From: Candidatus Sericytochromatia bacterium
Lineage (GTDB): Bacteria; Cyanobacteriota; Sericytochromatia; S15B-MN24; JAQBPE01
Direction of reading: 5' to 3'
Assembly: GCA_040400605.1 (NCBI GenBank)
Contig: JBBAPZ010000003.1
Coordinates: 94,507 to 158,506 of the forward strand
Length of the DNA stretch: 64,000 bases
The notes under the pieces: generated by a model
Seen by the model: only the letters and a program-made list of their open reading frames with translations
Database searches by the model: none
Told to the model about the DNA's origin: nothing
Part shown: positions 1 to 10,119 of the stretch, in pieces
Layout: each line of letters opens with the position of its first letter
How positions within the stretch are numbered: the stretch's first letter is position 1
Translations under genes and position numbers: made by a program

Positions 1-288
1 GGCAAAGCCAACGGGCGTCTCACCCTCAAGAATCCTGTGAATAAACGTTTCATACCAAAAGCCATTCGTGGGTCATCACACCTGGAATGACCTGAGGCAT
101 CTCATTTCACCCGACATCACCCAACCAGGAAACCAACTTTTCCGTCACGTCATACGGCCCGGGCCTCCTTGGCATCCAGGCGTTCCTTCGCTTGGTCTAC
201 CCAATCAGCGGGGCATGTACATTGGCATGAGGCGGGTGATACCATCGCGTTATTCACAAATCGATAATCGTTCAAGGAGAGCGAAGCG

Positions 289-1158
289 ATGTTTCAACTG
301 GGACAAATCCAAATTGACTGGGTGTCGGACGGGCGCTTCAAACTCGATGGTGGCGCCATGTTTGGCCCGGTTCCGCGTCCTTTGTGGGAACAAAAAATCA
401 AGCCCGATGATCGCAACCGCATCTGGCTCGGACTAAACTGCATCCTGCTCACGACGCCCCACGGACGCGTGCTGCTCGATACCGGTCTTGGCAACAAGTT
501 ATCACCTAAAAAAAAGGAGATTTTTGCGCAAACCAGCCCGGCAGATGTCGTGGACTCACTGGCACAGCGGGGCTTGAGCCCGGAGGATATCGACCACGTG
601 GTGTTATCTCACGCCGACTTCGATCACATCGGCGGCGCCACGCGAGTCGATGACACAGGCGTCATTCGAGCAACCTTCCCACGTGCGCAATACCACATCC
701 GTATCGAGGAATGGGAAGATTTGACCCAGCCAAACGAGCGCGCGAAAAGCACGTATTTTCAAGAAAACTGGAACGCCTTGGCCCAAAGTGGCCAGGTGTG
801 TATCGAAAAAGCCGATGGGGAATGGTTGCCTGGCATTCACGTTTACCATTCGGGCGGGCACACCCGGGGCCACGTTGTGATCATGGCCGAATCGGAGGGA
901 GAGCGGGCCGTTTATCTCGGGGACTTGATGCCCACACGCCACCATTTAAACCCCTTGTGGGTCATGGCCTACGACAACTTTCCCCTGACCTCCATCGAAC
1001 AACGTCAACGTTGGTTGAGTGAACTTAAACTTGGGGACACCTACCTGCTGTTTTACCACGATACCGCGTTGGGGGCGGCCCGTTTGAATGAAGCGGGTGC
1101 GATCGCCGAAGCGGTGGCGTTGCCGGATGATGCGATCCAGCCCTTCCCGCCCGCGTGA
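289..1158 (+). CDS. MBL-fold metallo-hydrolase, YtnP-like
   Basis: DGGAMFGxVP N-terminus, LLDTGLG, metal motif HADFDH (variant of HxHxDH), [32 protein letters not shown] upstream. Confidence 0.9.
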   Translation: MFQLGQIQIDWVSDGRFKLDGGAMFGPVPRPLWEQKIKPDDRNRIWLGLNCILLTTPHGRVLLDTGLGNKLSPKKKEIFAQTSPADVVDSLAQRGLSPEDIDHVVLSHADFDHIGGATRVDDTGVIRATFPRAQYHIRIEEWEDLTQPNERAKSTYFQENWNALAQSGQVCIEKADGEWLPGIHVYHSGGHTRGHVVIMAESEGERAVYLGDLMPTRHHLNPLWVMAYDNFPLTSIEQRQRWLSELKLGDTYLLFYHDTALGAARLNEAGAIAEAVALPDDAIQPFPPA

Positions 1159-1282
1159 GAAAACAGGAAAGAACCCTTCCGAGAGAATTTGGAACAGGGC
1201 AATTGTGCCAGGGAGTGGCCTCAAGCAGCGGAACGGTGTACGATCGGTATACAGGCATTGGTTAAAACGAGGAGAAGCGCTG

Positions 1283-1741
1283 ATGAACACCAAAGCGATC
1301 ATTGAAACGGATAAAGGTGCAATCGAAGTCGAACTTTTTGCACAGGAAGCGCCAGGCACGGTGGAAAATTTCATCAAATTGATTAACGATGGCTTTTACG
1401 ATGGCTGCACCTTCCATCGTGTGATTCCGGATTTTGTCATTCAAGGTGGGGATCCGCTCTCCAAGGAACTGCCCGCCGGACACCCGCAGATCGGAACCGG
1501 TGGACCCGGTTATCAAATCAAGTGCGAAACAGCCGGCAATCCACACAAACATCAAACCGGGAGCCTGTCCATGGCGCACGCGGGCAAAGACACCGGCGGA
1601 AGCCAATTCTTCATCGCACACAGTCCACAACCGCACCTTGATGGCCGTCACACCGTTTTTGGTCAGGTGACGAACGGGATGGACGTGGTCAACGCGATCA
1701 AGGCAGGCGATCGCATGGTCAAGGTCAGCGTGCTGGCATAA
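1283..1741 (+). CDS. Cyclophilin-type peptidyl-prolyl cis-trans isomerase
   Basis: [40 protein letters not shown]; start moved to ATG 1283 behind GAGGAG. Confidence 0.95.
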   Translation: MNTKAIIETDKGAIEVELFAQEAPGTVENFIKLINDGFYDGCTFHRVIPDFVIQGGDPLSKELPAGHPQIGTGGPGYQIKCETAGNPHKHQTGSLSMAHAGKDTGGSQFFIAHSPQPHLDGRHTVFGQVTNGMDVVNAIKAGDRMVKVSVLA

Positions 1742-1746
1742 CCCCC

Positions 1747-2526
1747 ATGCTGGACTTTGCCAAAGACCTGGCCCAACAAGCAGGACAGTTGCTAAAAGAT
1801 GGTCTTGGGCGCGCGCGGGACATCCGCTTCAAGGGCGAGGCCGATCTCGTGACCGAGATGGACCTCGCCTCTGAAAATCTCATCACCCGCGCCATACAAA
1901 CCAACTTCCCGTCTCACGCCATCCTCGCCGAAGAATCCGGCTCACTCGGCCCAACCGAATCCGGCTACCGGTGGGTCATCGACCCCCTCGACGGCACCGT
2001 CAACTACGCCCACGGCGTTCCCCTCTTCTGCGTCTCCATCGGCCTCGAAAAAGACGGCATCCCCCTCCTTGGCGTCATCTGCGCCCCCACGCTTGGGGAA
2101 ACCTACTGGGCTGAGCGTGGCGCTGGCGCCTTCCTCAACGGCACGCCCTTACACGTGTCATCACAGAAACGCCTCGACCAGGCCCTGCTCGTCACGGGCT
2201 TTCCCCACGAACTCGGACGGGCCCCTGAAACGCTTAACGTCTTTGGCGCATTCGTCGACGCCTCTCAAGCCGTCAGACGCCTCGGTTCTTCCGCCCTCGA
2301 TCTCGCCTGGGTCGCCGCAGGCCGCTTCGACGCATTCTGGGAACCGCGCCTCATGCCTTGGGATGTCTGCGCCGGTATCGTCCTGGTCGAAGAAGCCGGT
2401 GGCCGCGTGAGCAATTTTGAGAGCAAACCCTTCACGACAGACGACAAGCGCATCATCGCAAGCAACGGCCACCTTCACGACCCATTGCTCCATGTGATGA
2501 CGCAAGCCAGGTTAGCAAAGCCATGA
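1747..2526 (+). CDS. suhB: Inositol monophosphatase family protein
   Basis: DLVTEMD, EE, WVIDPLDGTVNY, RRLGSSALDL, WDVCAG motifs. Confidence 0.9.
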   Translation: MLDFAKDLAQQAGQLLKDGLGRARDIRFKGEADLVTEMDLASENLITRAIQTNFPSHAILAEESGSLGPTESGYRWVIDPLDGTVNYAHGVPLFCVSIGLEKDGIPLLGVICAPTLGETYWAERGAGAFLNGTPLHVSSQKRLDQALLVTGFPHELGRAPETLNVFGAFVDASQAVRRLGSSALDLAWVAAGRFDAFWEPRLMPWDVCAGIVLVEEAGGRVSNFESKPFTTDDKRIIASNGHLHDPLLHVMTQARLAKP

Positions 2527-3005
2527 ACCCGGAACACAAGCCTCCACCGCAGCCAGCGACCAAGAAAAACAAAAAGGACCCATTTGGCCCACCATTGGAC
2601 GCCTCCGAACTACGGGGGCTGTTCCGCCGTCTGCACACCCGCAGCCACGACGAACAAATGGCATTCATCCAGCGGCTGAACTGGAACCTCCTCGATGCTG
2701 GCAGTGAACGCCGCACCATCGAAACCCTGTTGCATTTTCTTGGCTCAACCGATACCGCCTTGCAAAACCACGCCCTGCAAATTCTCAAAAAGCTGTTTCA
2801 CAATCGCCGGGGGCGCTACGCACCACTGTTCGCTGCCGCGCTGCCATCCCTTGATGTGCCTCTGCAACTGCGCCTCCAGGAAATATTCGGCCCTGTACTT
2901 GGCAAGACACCCCCGCCAGCCAAGCCCAAAGACACCGCCCCCCCAAAATCAGCCAGCGACGAGGACCTGCAGCGCTTACAAGCGTTCTTCAAACGCAAGA
3001 CCTAA
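2523..3005 (+). CDS. Hypothetical protein (helical, Pro/Lys-rich ends)
   Basis: ATGA overlap with the suhB stop; plausible composition; no family recognised. Confidence 0.65.
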   Translation: MNPEHKPPPQPATKKNKKDPFGPPLDASELRGLFRRLHTRSHDEQMAFIQRLNWNLLDAGSERRTIETLLHFLGSTDTALQNHALQILKKLFHNRRGRYAPLFAAALPSLDVPLQLRLQEIFGPVLGKTPPPAKPKDTAPPKSASDEDLQRLQAFFKRKT

Positions 3006-3017
3006 AAGACATCATCA

Positions 3018-3076
3018 CGGGCAATCCTGGCTAAACAAGGAACCAAAGCGTGCCACGTTGAACGAAGGCACGCAAG
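3018..3076 (+). repeat. Partial copy of the dispersed intergenic repeat
   Basis: AAACAAGGAACCAAAGCGTGC (3033-3053) matches AAACAGGCACCCAAAGGGTGC (37652-37672) at 17/21, both preceded by CGGGCAA; GAAGGCACGCAAG (3064-3076) recurs at 37828-37840. Confidence 0.6.
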
Positions 3077-3230
3077 CTCAAACGCATGATGCGAACCCTT
3101 GGTTGTCTTCAATAACGGGCGCCCTGAAAGGTGAGACTAACTTTTGACCATCACGCCCCCCAGACTGCACCAAAAGCGCCAGAATGCGCATTTTACGCGC
3201 TGAATGACTGAGCGCCAGACCATGATTCCG

Positions 3231-4124
3231 TCAGCACGGGGTTGCGAGGATTGGTTGCACCAGGGAATTTTGGGTTTCACATACCTGGGTGCCGCACACA
3301 TGCTCATCCACCACTGCTTCATCCGGCACAACCGCGCGTGCGACCAGTTGTTTGGGTTCGGTCCGAATGAGTTGCTGTATGACAGTGCCTGCCATCATCA
3401 TGCCAAACATGGGCGGCAAGTAAGACATCGTGCCATTGATTTGCGATTTCATTTCGCAATCATTCACACCTTTCATATGCGTGGGGGGGCAGATGCATTT
3501 GACTTCGCAACTGGCTACCTCCGCATCCGGCTTGATGGGATGCTCGGTCGAAAACACGGTCGTGATGCCTGATTCAATGCCGTACTTTTTGCGCAATTCG
3601 CGTCGCACATCTTTGGCGAAGGTACAGGTATGCGTTTCAGAGATATCTGCCACCTTGAGTGCCGTGGGATCCATTTTACTCGCAGCGCCCATCGCCGAGA
3701 TAATCGGCAAGCCCATACGATGCGCGTGTGCCATCAAATGCAGTTTAGCCGTCACATTGTCGATGCAATCCAGGACATAGTCGTAGTCGTGCGACAGAAG
3801 ATAAGGCGATGTGTCAGCATTGTAGAAAGTCTGATGACACTCAATCTGGACGTGCGGGTTAATCCGTCTGAAGCGCTCCGCGAGCACCTCGGTTTTGGGC
3901 TTGCCGATGGTTCCAACCATCGCATGAATCTGGCGGTTTACGTTGGTCGCACAGACCAGATCGTAGTCGATCAGCACCAGCCTGCCCACCGCTGAACGCG
4001 TCAAAGCCTCGGCCGCAAACGACCCCACGCCGCCAAGACCGAAAATAGCCACACAACTGTCTTTAAGTCGGTGATAACCCGCTTTGCCGACCAGCAATTC
4101 CGTGCGACTGAAGCGATGCAGCAT
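3231..4124 (-). CDS. tcdA: tRNA threonylcarbamoyladenosine dehydratase (ThiF/E1 family) with Cys-rich insert and C-terminal tail
   Basis: RFSRTELLVG, GLGGVGS, TNVNRQ, DCID, SAMGAA, VFSTE, CICPP; start at ATG 4124 behind GGAGA. Confidence 0.85.
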   Translation of the reverse strand: MLHRFSRTELLVGKAGYHRLKDSCVAIFGLGGVGSFAAEALTRSAVGRLVLIDYDLVCATNVNRQIHAMVGTIGKPKTEVLAERFRRINPHVQIECHQTFYNADTSPYLLSHDYDYVLDCIDNVTAKLHLMAHAHRMGLPIISAMGAASKMDPTALKVADISETHTCTFAKDVRRELRKKYGIESGITTVFSTEHPIKPDAEVASCEVKCICPPTHMKGVNDCEMKSQINGTMSYLPPMFGMMMAGTVIQQLIRTEPKQLVARAVVPDEAVVDEHVCGTQVCETQNSLVQPILATPC

Positions 4125-4284
4125 GGTAGACTCTCCCATCCGTCAAGCGTTCTCCCAAAGTTCATCTTACGCTGTGGGGCGAGACTTTGGCCATGGGTCG
4201 CGCTTTACGCCGTATCGCGCATTTAGTACACTTAAAGGCTATTGAGCCTCAGTGCGCGTTAGTGCACCCTGTCAGGAGACCGGT

Positions 4285-4881
4285 TTGTCGGCATCGGATT
4301 CGGCACCTCGTTCCAAGAAATCGTTGTTACGTCCTTCGATGCGCGTGACGCACATCAAGCAAATCGATATCGCGATTTTGCAGGAACGGGGCATCAAAGG
4401 GATCATTTTTGATCTAGACGACACCTTGGTTAAAAGTTTCGAACCGACCGCAGACCCCGACGTGTCTCGGTGGCTTGTCCAGATTCAGCGGGAATTCGCA
4501 GTGTTCATTGTATCCAACAACGCGTCGGATCTACGTGTCAGATTGGCATCCGAACATTTGGGCGTGATGGGGATTGCACAGGCAGGCAAACCCAGTCGCC
4601 GGAGCTTTCGAAAAGCCCTTCAACTGATGAATTTGCAGGTCCACGAAGTGGCGATTGTCGGAGATCAGCTTTTTACGGATATTTTAGGTGGCAACCGCTT
4701 GGGCGCACTCACCATTCTCGTTGACCCTCTATCAACTGAAGTTGGCTGGCACCGCAACCTGATGCGCGCGTTCGAGCGTTACATTCTTAAACGCGCGGGT
4801 GTGACCCACCAACAGCCACTCAAGCGGAGCGGCACCGCGCCGCTTGCATCAGGTACCGCTTCTCTGTCCCGAACCGACTGA
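4285..4881 (+). CDS. yqeG: YqeG-family HAD IIIA phosphatase
   Basis: GIIFDLDDTL, IVSNN, KP, VGDQLFTDILGGNRLG; probable TTG start behind AGGAG. Confidence 0.9.
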   Translation: MSASDSAPRSKKSLLRPSMRVTHIKQIDIAILQERGIKGIIFDLDDTLVKSFEPTADPDVSRWLVQIQREFAVFIVSNNASDLRVRLASEHLGVMGIAQAGKPSRRSFRKALQLMNLQVHEVAIVGDQLFTDILGGNRLGALTILVDPLSTEVGWHRNLMRAFERYILKRAGVTHQQPLKRSGTAPLASGTASLSRTD

Positions 4882-4913
4882 CGGGAACGATAAACGTTTC
4901 ACGGGAGTACGCC

Positions 4914-5708
4914 ATGACCCACGACGTCCAGTCCTTCAAACAGGTGTTGCAAGCATCGCTGGGTGATACGATTGACACCGCCATCATTCTCGGCTCAGGC
5001 ATTCGCGCGTTCGAAAATCTGTTCGACGGTGGGCAGTTGCCATATCAAGCGCTGTCGGAGTTTCCGGCAGCGACGGTGGCGGGGCATGCGGGCGTATTAA
5101 GCTGGGGGCGTCCAGCCTCAGATGAGCCTGCCATTTTTGTTGCACGAGGTCGATTTCATCTGTACGAGGGTCATGGCCTGGTAGATACGTTGCGTCTTGT
5201 CGAGTTTTTTTTCGCACTTGGTGTGACCAAGCTGATTATCACCAATGCGGCAGGTGGTTTACGGGCCGACTGGCGGCCGGGGGATTTAATGCTGATTGAG
5301 GATCAGCTTAATTTTCAGGGCCTGCAAGCAGGACTTTCGCAGACATTCAGTCCGGTGACGCCCTTTGATGGCGCTTGGGTGGAGCGACTGGTCAAACGAT
5401 GCCAAACGCGAGGCCTCCCGTTGCGACAGGGCACCTATGTCGGGTTGCTTGGGCCATCTTATGAAACGATGGCTGAGAACCATTTCTTGATCTTCGCCGG
5501 GGCTGATGCCGTTGGCATGTCAACCGTGCCAGAAGTGGCGCGTGCCTGTTCGCATGGCATGCGTGTCTTGGGAATTTCCTGCATCACCAATGTGTCAGTA
5601 ACCCCGAAAGGGGCTGCTGAAACCTCCCACCAAGAGGTGGTTGATGTCGCAAAGGCCGCTTCAGAGTTGATGGAACAGGTCTTGTTCGAGGCGATTCATG
5701 CGGCTTGA
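4914..5708 (+). CDS. punA: Purine-nucleoside phosphorylase (trimeric type)
   Basis: ILGSG, GHAG, GRFHLYEG, TNAAGG, GPSYET, GADAVGMSTVPE, SCITN. Confidence 0.92.
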   Translation: MTHDVQSFKQVLQASLGDTIDTAIILGSGIRAFENLFDGGQLPYQALSEFPAATVAGHAGVLSWGRPASDEPAIFVARGRFHLYEGHGLVDTLRLVEFFFALGVTKLIITNAAGGLRADWRPGDLMLIEDQLNFQGLQAGLSQTFSPVTPFDGAWVERLVKRCQTRGLPLRQGTYVGLLGPSYETMAENHFLIFAGADAVGMSTVPEVARACSHGMRVLGISCITNVSVTPKGAAETSHQEVVDVAKAASELMEQVLFEAIHAA

Positions 5709-5832
5709 TTCGCCCACAGCCTACCGTTTTGAGGGCATACGCGGTAAACTTGACGCATTGCCCGCTTGATCTAGACTACCGGCAGTCTGCCGCGAGCACC
5801 ACGATTCAAGTGTCAGTAAGAGAGCCCTGAGT

Positions 5833-8037
5833 TTGTCCAACCATCGGCGCCTCGCGGTTACGCGCAACCTGCCATCCACCTCCAAGCGTTCCCAAAACAC
5901 GCTCAAGGCGAAATCCCGTCGTCACCGTGTGCGCTACTGGGCCGGGATGGGTATGGCTGGCATGTTCGTCGTGCTCGCCTCGCTTGGCGCTGGGGCCATT
6001 TCCGGCCTGATGGCCAGTTTTTCACAGTTACCCGGTGTGGAAAGTCTCAGGCATTATGTACCAGTTGAGACCAGCAAGATTTACGATTGCAAGGGCCGTT
6101 TGATCGCCAACGTTCACGGCGAAGAGAATCGCGTCGTCATTCCGTTGCGCGACATCCCGATGGCGTTGCAGCATGCGGTGATCGCCATGGAAGACACAGA
6201 CTTTTACCATCATTTCGGGATCAACCCCAAAGGCATTACGCGCGCGGCTCTGGTCAACGTAGCAGAAGGTGGGCGGGTGGAAGGCGCTTCCACCTTGACG
6301 CAGCAACTGGCAAAAAACTTGTTCCTCGACCCCTCGCGCACCATGAAGCGAAAATTGGCCGAGGCATGGTTGGCCATCCAAATTGAGCGCCACTACAGCA
6401 AATCGACGATCCTGGAAATGTACCTCAACCAGGTTTACTGGGGTCATAACGCATATGGGGTCGAAGCTGCAGCGCAAAACTATTTCGGTCAAAGTTGCCG
6501 TGAATTGAGTCTCGCGCAAAGTGCCGTCTTGGCAGGCATTTTACGCGGGCCCGAGTACTACTCGCCCTATCGAAACCCCCAAGGCGCCCGGCATTTACAG
6601 CAACTCGTCTTACAACGGATGCTCATTTCTGGCTTCATCAACAAAAACCAGTATCGGGTGGCTCTGAAAGAACCCCTGCGGCATCCGGGGGTCTCGTCAT
6701 ACAGTTATAAGGTGCCGTGGTTTACGGCGACTGTGATTCGTCAACTGACGGAGGAATACGGCGCAGAACTGCTGCAAAAGGGTGGTTTACGCATTCAAAG
6801 CACGTTAGACCTTGACCTGCAACTGAAGGCGGAAGCCATGCTTAACGAGGCGGTCAAGCGTAACAAGCCATACAACATTCACCAGGCCGCCTTGGTTGCC
6901 ATCGAACCGCGCACTGGCTACGTGCGTGCATTGGTTGGCGGATGCGACTTCAACAAGAGCAAGTTTAACCGTGCGACGCAGGCATTGCGACCACCAGGAT
7001 CCACCTTCAAGCCTTTCGTCTATCTGACGGCACTATCAGCCGGGTTCAAACCTGGCACCGTGATGGTGGATGAACCTATCAGCATTCCAACCCAGGTCGG
7101 GGAGTATTATTCGCCCAACAATTACGACAACAGGTTTCGTGGACCGATTACGCTGCAACGTGCATTGGAAAGCTCCATCAATGTTGTCGCAGTGAAATTG
7201 GGGGTGGCCGTTGGTTTGCCTGCCGTCATCAAAACCGCGCATACCTTGGGTGTCATAAGTGATCTGGGAGAAAATCTATCGCTTCCGTTGGGTACATCGG
7301 AAGTCACACCATTTGAAATGACCGCTGCCTATGCAACCCTCGCCAATGATGGCCTGCGCGTCACGCCGGTGCTGGTCAGTCGAATTCTGGATCGCAACGG
7401 GCAAGTTCTGCTTGATGCCAAGCAAAAGGCGCAGCGCGTGTGTGATAAAGAAGCCGTGCGGCATGTGGTGCGCATGATGGAAGGTGTGATCCAGCGCGGA
7501 ACCGGAACCGCAGCGGGTATCGGGCGACCGGCGGCTGGCAAGACCGGTACGACGAGTGATGCACGCGACGTGTGGTTTGTCGGATTCACTCCCGATTTGG
7601 CCACCGGGGTCTGGATGGGCAACGATGACAACTCGAAATTAAATTACAGCAGCACGGGCGGCACCTTGTGCGCCCCACTCTGGTCCAGATTCATGCGTTA
7701 CGCGCTACGCAACACCAAAGCAACCGGCTTTCCGACGCCAGGACGCTTAAAAGGGCAACTGAGAGAGAATGCGATCCAGGCACTCACGTTTACCAAAACG
7801 GCAAGCCCGGCGTCCAACAATGAAGCACCGATGGACAGTGTGTCGCTAGAACCGATTGACAGGCCCGGCAAAGTCGACCGCGATCGCCCCAATCGGATCG
7901 CACCGGCACGTCGCACGCCTCGACCCGCGCCTGCAATGAGGGCGCGACCGGAACGTCCCGCCCGCGAGACCTTGCCAAAACCGGAGGAAGCCGACCTTGA
8001 GCCGATCCCACTTGATGAAGACGACGGGACTTTTTAA
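5833..8037 (+). CDS. Class A penicillin-binding protein (PBP1A family)
   Basis: N-terminal TM; EDTDFYHHFG, GASTLTQQLAKN, RKLAE, YLNQVYWG; transpeptidase STFK, SIN, KTG. Confidence 0.95.
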   Translation: MSNHRRLAVTRNLPSTSKRSQNTLKAKSRRHRVRYWAGMGMAGMFVVLASLGAGAISGLMASFSQLPGVESLRHYVPVETSKIYDCKGRLIANVHGEENRVVIPLRDIPMALQHAVIAMEDTDFYHHFGINPKGITRAALVNVAEGGRVEGASTLTQQLAKNLFLDPSRTMKRKLAEAWLAIQIERHYSKSTILEMYLNQVYWGHNAYGVEAAAQNYFGQSCRELSLAQSAVLAGILRGPEYYSPYRNPQGARHLQQLVLQRMLISGFINKNQYRVALKEPLRHPGVSSYSYKVPWFTATVIRQLTEEYGAELLQKGGLRIQSTLDLDLQLKAEAMLNEAVKRNKPYNIHQAALVAIEPRTGYVRALVGGCDFNKSKFNRATQALRPPGSTFKPFVYLTALSAGFKPGTVMVDEPISIPTQVGEYYSPNNYDNRFRGPITLQRALESSINVVAVKLGVAVGLPAVIKTAHTLGVISDLGENLSLPLGTSEVTPFEMTAAYATLANDGLRVTPVLVSRILDRNGQVLLDAKQKAQRVCDKEAVRHVVRMMEGVIQRGTGTAAGIGRPAAGKTGTTSDARDVWFVGFTPDLATGVWMGNDDNSKLNYSSTGGTLCAPLWSRFMRYALRNTKATGFPTPGRLKGQLRENAIQALTFTKTASPASNNEAPMDSVSLEPIDRPGKVDRDRPNRIAPARRTPRPAPAMRARPERPARETLPKPEEADLEPIPLDEDDGTF

Positions 8038-8039
8038 GT

Positions 8040-8795
8040 GTGACTATCGCTGACTTGATCCTTTTCGTCGCAGGCGTTGGCACCGGCTTGCTCTCCGGTC
8101 TCTTTGGCGTGGGTGGCGGATTTATCCTGGTTCCCTGCCTGTCAGCCCTGGGCTGGCCAATGAGTCACGCAGTGGGAACGAGCCTTCTCTATATCGTGAT
8201 AACTGCACTCGGCACCACCATCGCTCGAGCAAGGCGCCGCGGCCTCAACTATGCCATCATCGTGCAAATGGCACTCCCCGCAGCCGCGCTCGCACCCGCG
8301 GGAGTATGGCTATCAGTCATTTTACCTGAGTACTGGTTACAGTTACTGTTCTCAGCCTTGTTGCTCGTGGTGGCGTGGCAAACGAAGACGTCAGTCCACC
8401 CACCGCATGCCGACACAGAATCCGAGCACCCATCCAAGCGTTGGGCGATCGCCTTGGGTGCTTTCACAGGCACGCTCTCCGGCCTGTTCGGTGTTGGTGG
8501 CGGCGTCATACTCGTGCCTGGCCAAGTCATGATCTTCCGACTCACAATGGTCGAAGCCATCGCCAACAGCCTCGCGGTCATCAGCCTTACCGGTCTCTCC
8601 GGTGTTACGGCACACGCCTGGGCCGGACACCTCGATTGGCATGCCGCACTGTGGCTCATCCCAGGGGGCTTGATTGGCTCCCACCTGGGATCACGCCTCC
8701 TCGCGCGGCTCAGCCCCCACCACCTACGCCACGGCTTCAGCGCGCTCCTGGTGGTTTTGGCCATCTACGGCGCTCTCCGCGCCTTGCTGTCTTAA
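8040..8795 (+). CDS. TauE/SafE (TSUP) family membrane protein
   Basis: Two SGLFGVGGG motifs, AVGTSL, about 8 TM segments. Confidence 0.9.
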   Translation: MTIADLILFVAGVGTGLLSGLFGVGGGFILVPCLSALGWPMSHAVGTSLLYIVITALGTTIARARRRGLNYAIIVQMALPAAALAPAGVWLSVILPEYWLQLLFSALLLVVAWQTKTSVHPPHADTESEHPSKRWAIALGAFTGTLSGLFGVGGGVILVPGQVMIFRLTMVEAIANSLAVISLTGLSGVTAHAWAGHLDWHAALWLIPGGLIGSHLGSRLLARLSPHHLRHGFSALLVVLAIYGALRALLS

Positions 8796-8803
8796 GAAGG
8801 CGA

Positions 8804-9000
8804 ATTCGACAGCTCACCTTACAAAAACCTGAACATCCCATCATGACCTTATCAAATCACGATCTCCATTCGATAAACGAGTGGTGTCAGCTTGCTGGCA
8901 CAGCACGCGCAAACAAGCACCTCAACGATATCTAACAGGTTTTGCGACTTGCTGAAGCGTCCAACAAACACCCGACGAACCAACTCGCAGCAAGTGGCAG
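8804..9000 (+). repeat. Near full-length copy of the dispersed ~170-nt intergenic repeat
   Basis: Starts with ATTCGACAGCTC, identical to 37546-37557, and aligns collinearly with 37546-37710 (CAAAAA, TCAT, CAGyTTGCnGGCA, AAACArGCACC). Confidence 0.75.
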
Positions 9001-9009
9001 CAATCGCCA

Positions 9010-9828
9010 TCAAGGATTTCCTGAAACCAGCCACGGATGGTAAAACCAGCGCAGGTAGTAGTAAACCACCACCCCGGTTAACAAATAGGAATCCATTCGA
9101 TCCAACATACCACCGTGCCCGGGAATGATGGTGCCTGAATCCTTCGCGCCAGCATCACGTTTGAGCAGGGATTCGGTGAGATCGCCAATCTGGGCAATCA
9201 CACTCACCATGGCCCCCAAAATCAACCCGTGATACCAAGGAAACCTAAATACGGAACACCATCCCACACCAACTAACGCGGCACAGAGCAAGCCCGTCAG
9301 ACTGCCCTCCAACGTCTTCTTCGGACTCACCGCCTCCAGCAATTTGGTCCGCCCCAACCAACGCCCACCAAAATAAGCAAAGATATCCGTTGCCCAAATG
9401 CAAGTATTAACCAGCAACGTAAACGCGAGACCATAAGGCTCTGGGAAATTTCGCAACAAAATGAGGAAACACGGCAAAAAACCAATGTACATGACTGCAA
9501 ACCACGATGTGGCCACATCGGCAATTCCCGCCCGCGGCTGACGACGACCAAGTAACCACAATAAAATGGCGATCGCGCTAAAAGCCATCGTCGGCACCAG
9601 GTAAGTTGGCCCAAAAACGCCACCTAAAATATCCAGGGCAACCACCGACGCACTCACCAACAAAGTGGCGGGCGCATACCCTTTCAAGGTAAACAACCGA
9701 CAAAGTTCGCGGACACACAGTGCCGAAAAACAGGTGACAACCCCCGTCCAGACGTAACCACCCCACCAGATGGCCCCAAGCCCCAGAACGAGAAATACAA
9801 CGCCGCTGGCAACACGCTGAATCAACAT
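9010..9828 (-). CDS. cdsA: Phosphatidate cytidylyltransferase
   Basis: WATDIFAYFGG, SPKKTLEG, GDLTESLLKRDAGAKDSG, PGHGGMLDRMDS. Confidence 0.96.
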   Translation of the reverse strand: MLIQRVASGVVFLVLGLGAIWWGGYVWTGVVTCFSALCVRELCRLFTLKGYAPATLLVSASVVALDILGGVFGPTYLVPTMAFSAIAILLWLLGRRQPRAGIADVATSWFAVMYIGFLPCFLILLRNFPEPYGLAFTLLVNTCIWATDIFAYFGGRWLGRTKLLEAVSPKKTLEGSLTGLLCAALVGVGWCSVFRFPWYHGLILGAMVSVIAQIGDLTESLLKRDAGAKDSGTIIPGHGGMLDRMDSYLLTGVVVYYYLRWFYHPWLVSGNP

Positions 9829-10112
9829 GAGCCAGCGCCCTCCACCCCAACAGCAGAATCGAACTGCAGCATCAAGGGATGCACCGCAACCACCATTAAC
9901 GCGCCGTCAGGCAAGGGCTGTACACGCGCCACACGCCAGTCATCCGGCGAACACGCCAAGTTGCCGGACCTTGCGCGAAGCGCACGCCCGTTCTGAACCA
10001 GTGCGGCTTCGGCTGGTACGACCACGGGCAATGGTTCCGCCCTGCTTTCGCACAGGCGCTTCAAATCACCTACCCGAAGACCCAAAAGGTGAAGATGAGC
10101 CGGTTCCGTCAC
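9822..10112 (-). CDS. Hypothetical ~96-aa protein between frr and cdsA
   Basis: GTG start 7 nt after the frr stop; its stop overlaps the cdsA ATG; fills the gap in operon orientation. Confidence 0.55.
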   Translation of the reverse strand: MTEPAHLHLLGLRVGDLKRLCESRAEPLPVVVPAEAALVQNGRALRARSGNLACSPDDWRVARVQPLPDGALMVVAVHPLMLQFDSAVGVEGAGSC

Positions 10113-10119
10113 ACCGAGC

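Noticed and set aside
1..200. Possible further repeat copy at the window start (similar weak hints at 39480-39540)
   Set aside because: Similarity is limited to short patches and cannot be supported by eye.
3150..3233. Cys-TGA end of tcdA as possible selenocysteine read-through
   Set aside because: No clear SECIS-like hairpin right after the UGA and no recognisable homology beyond it.
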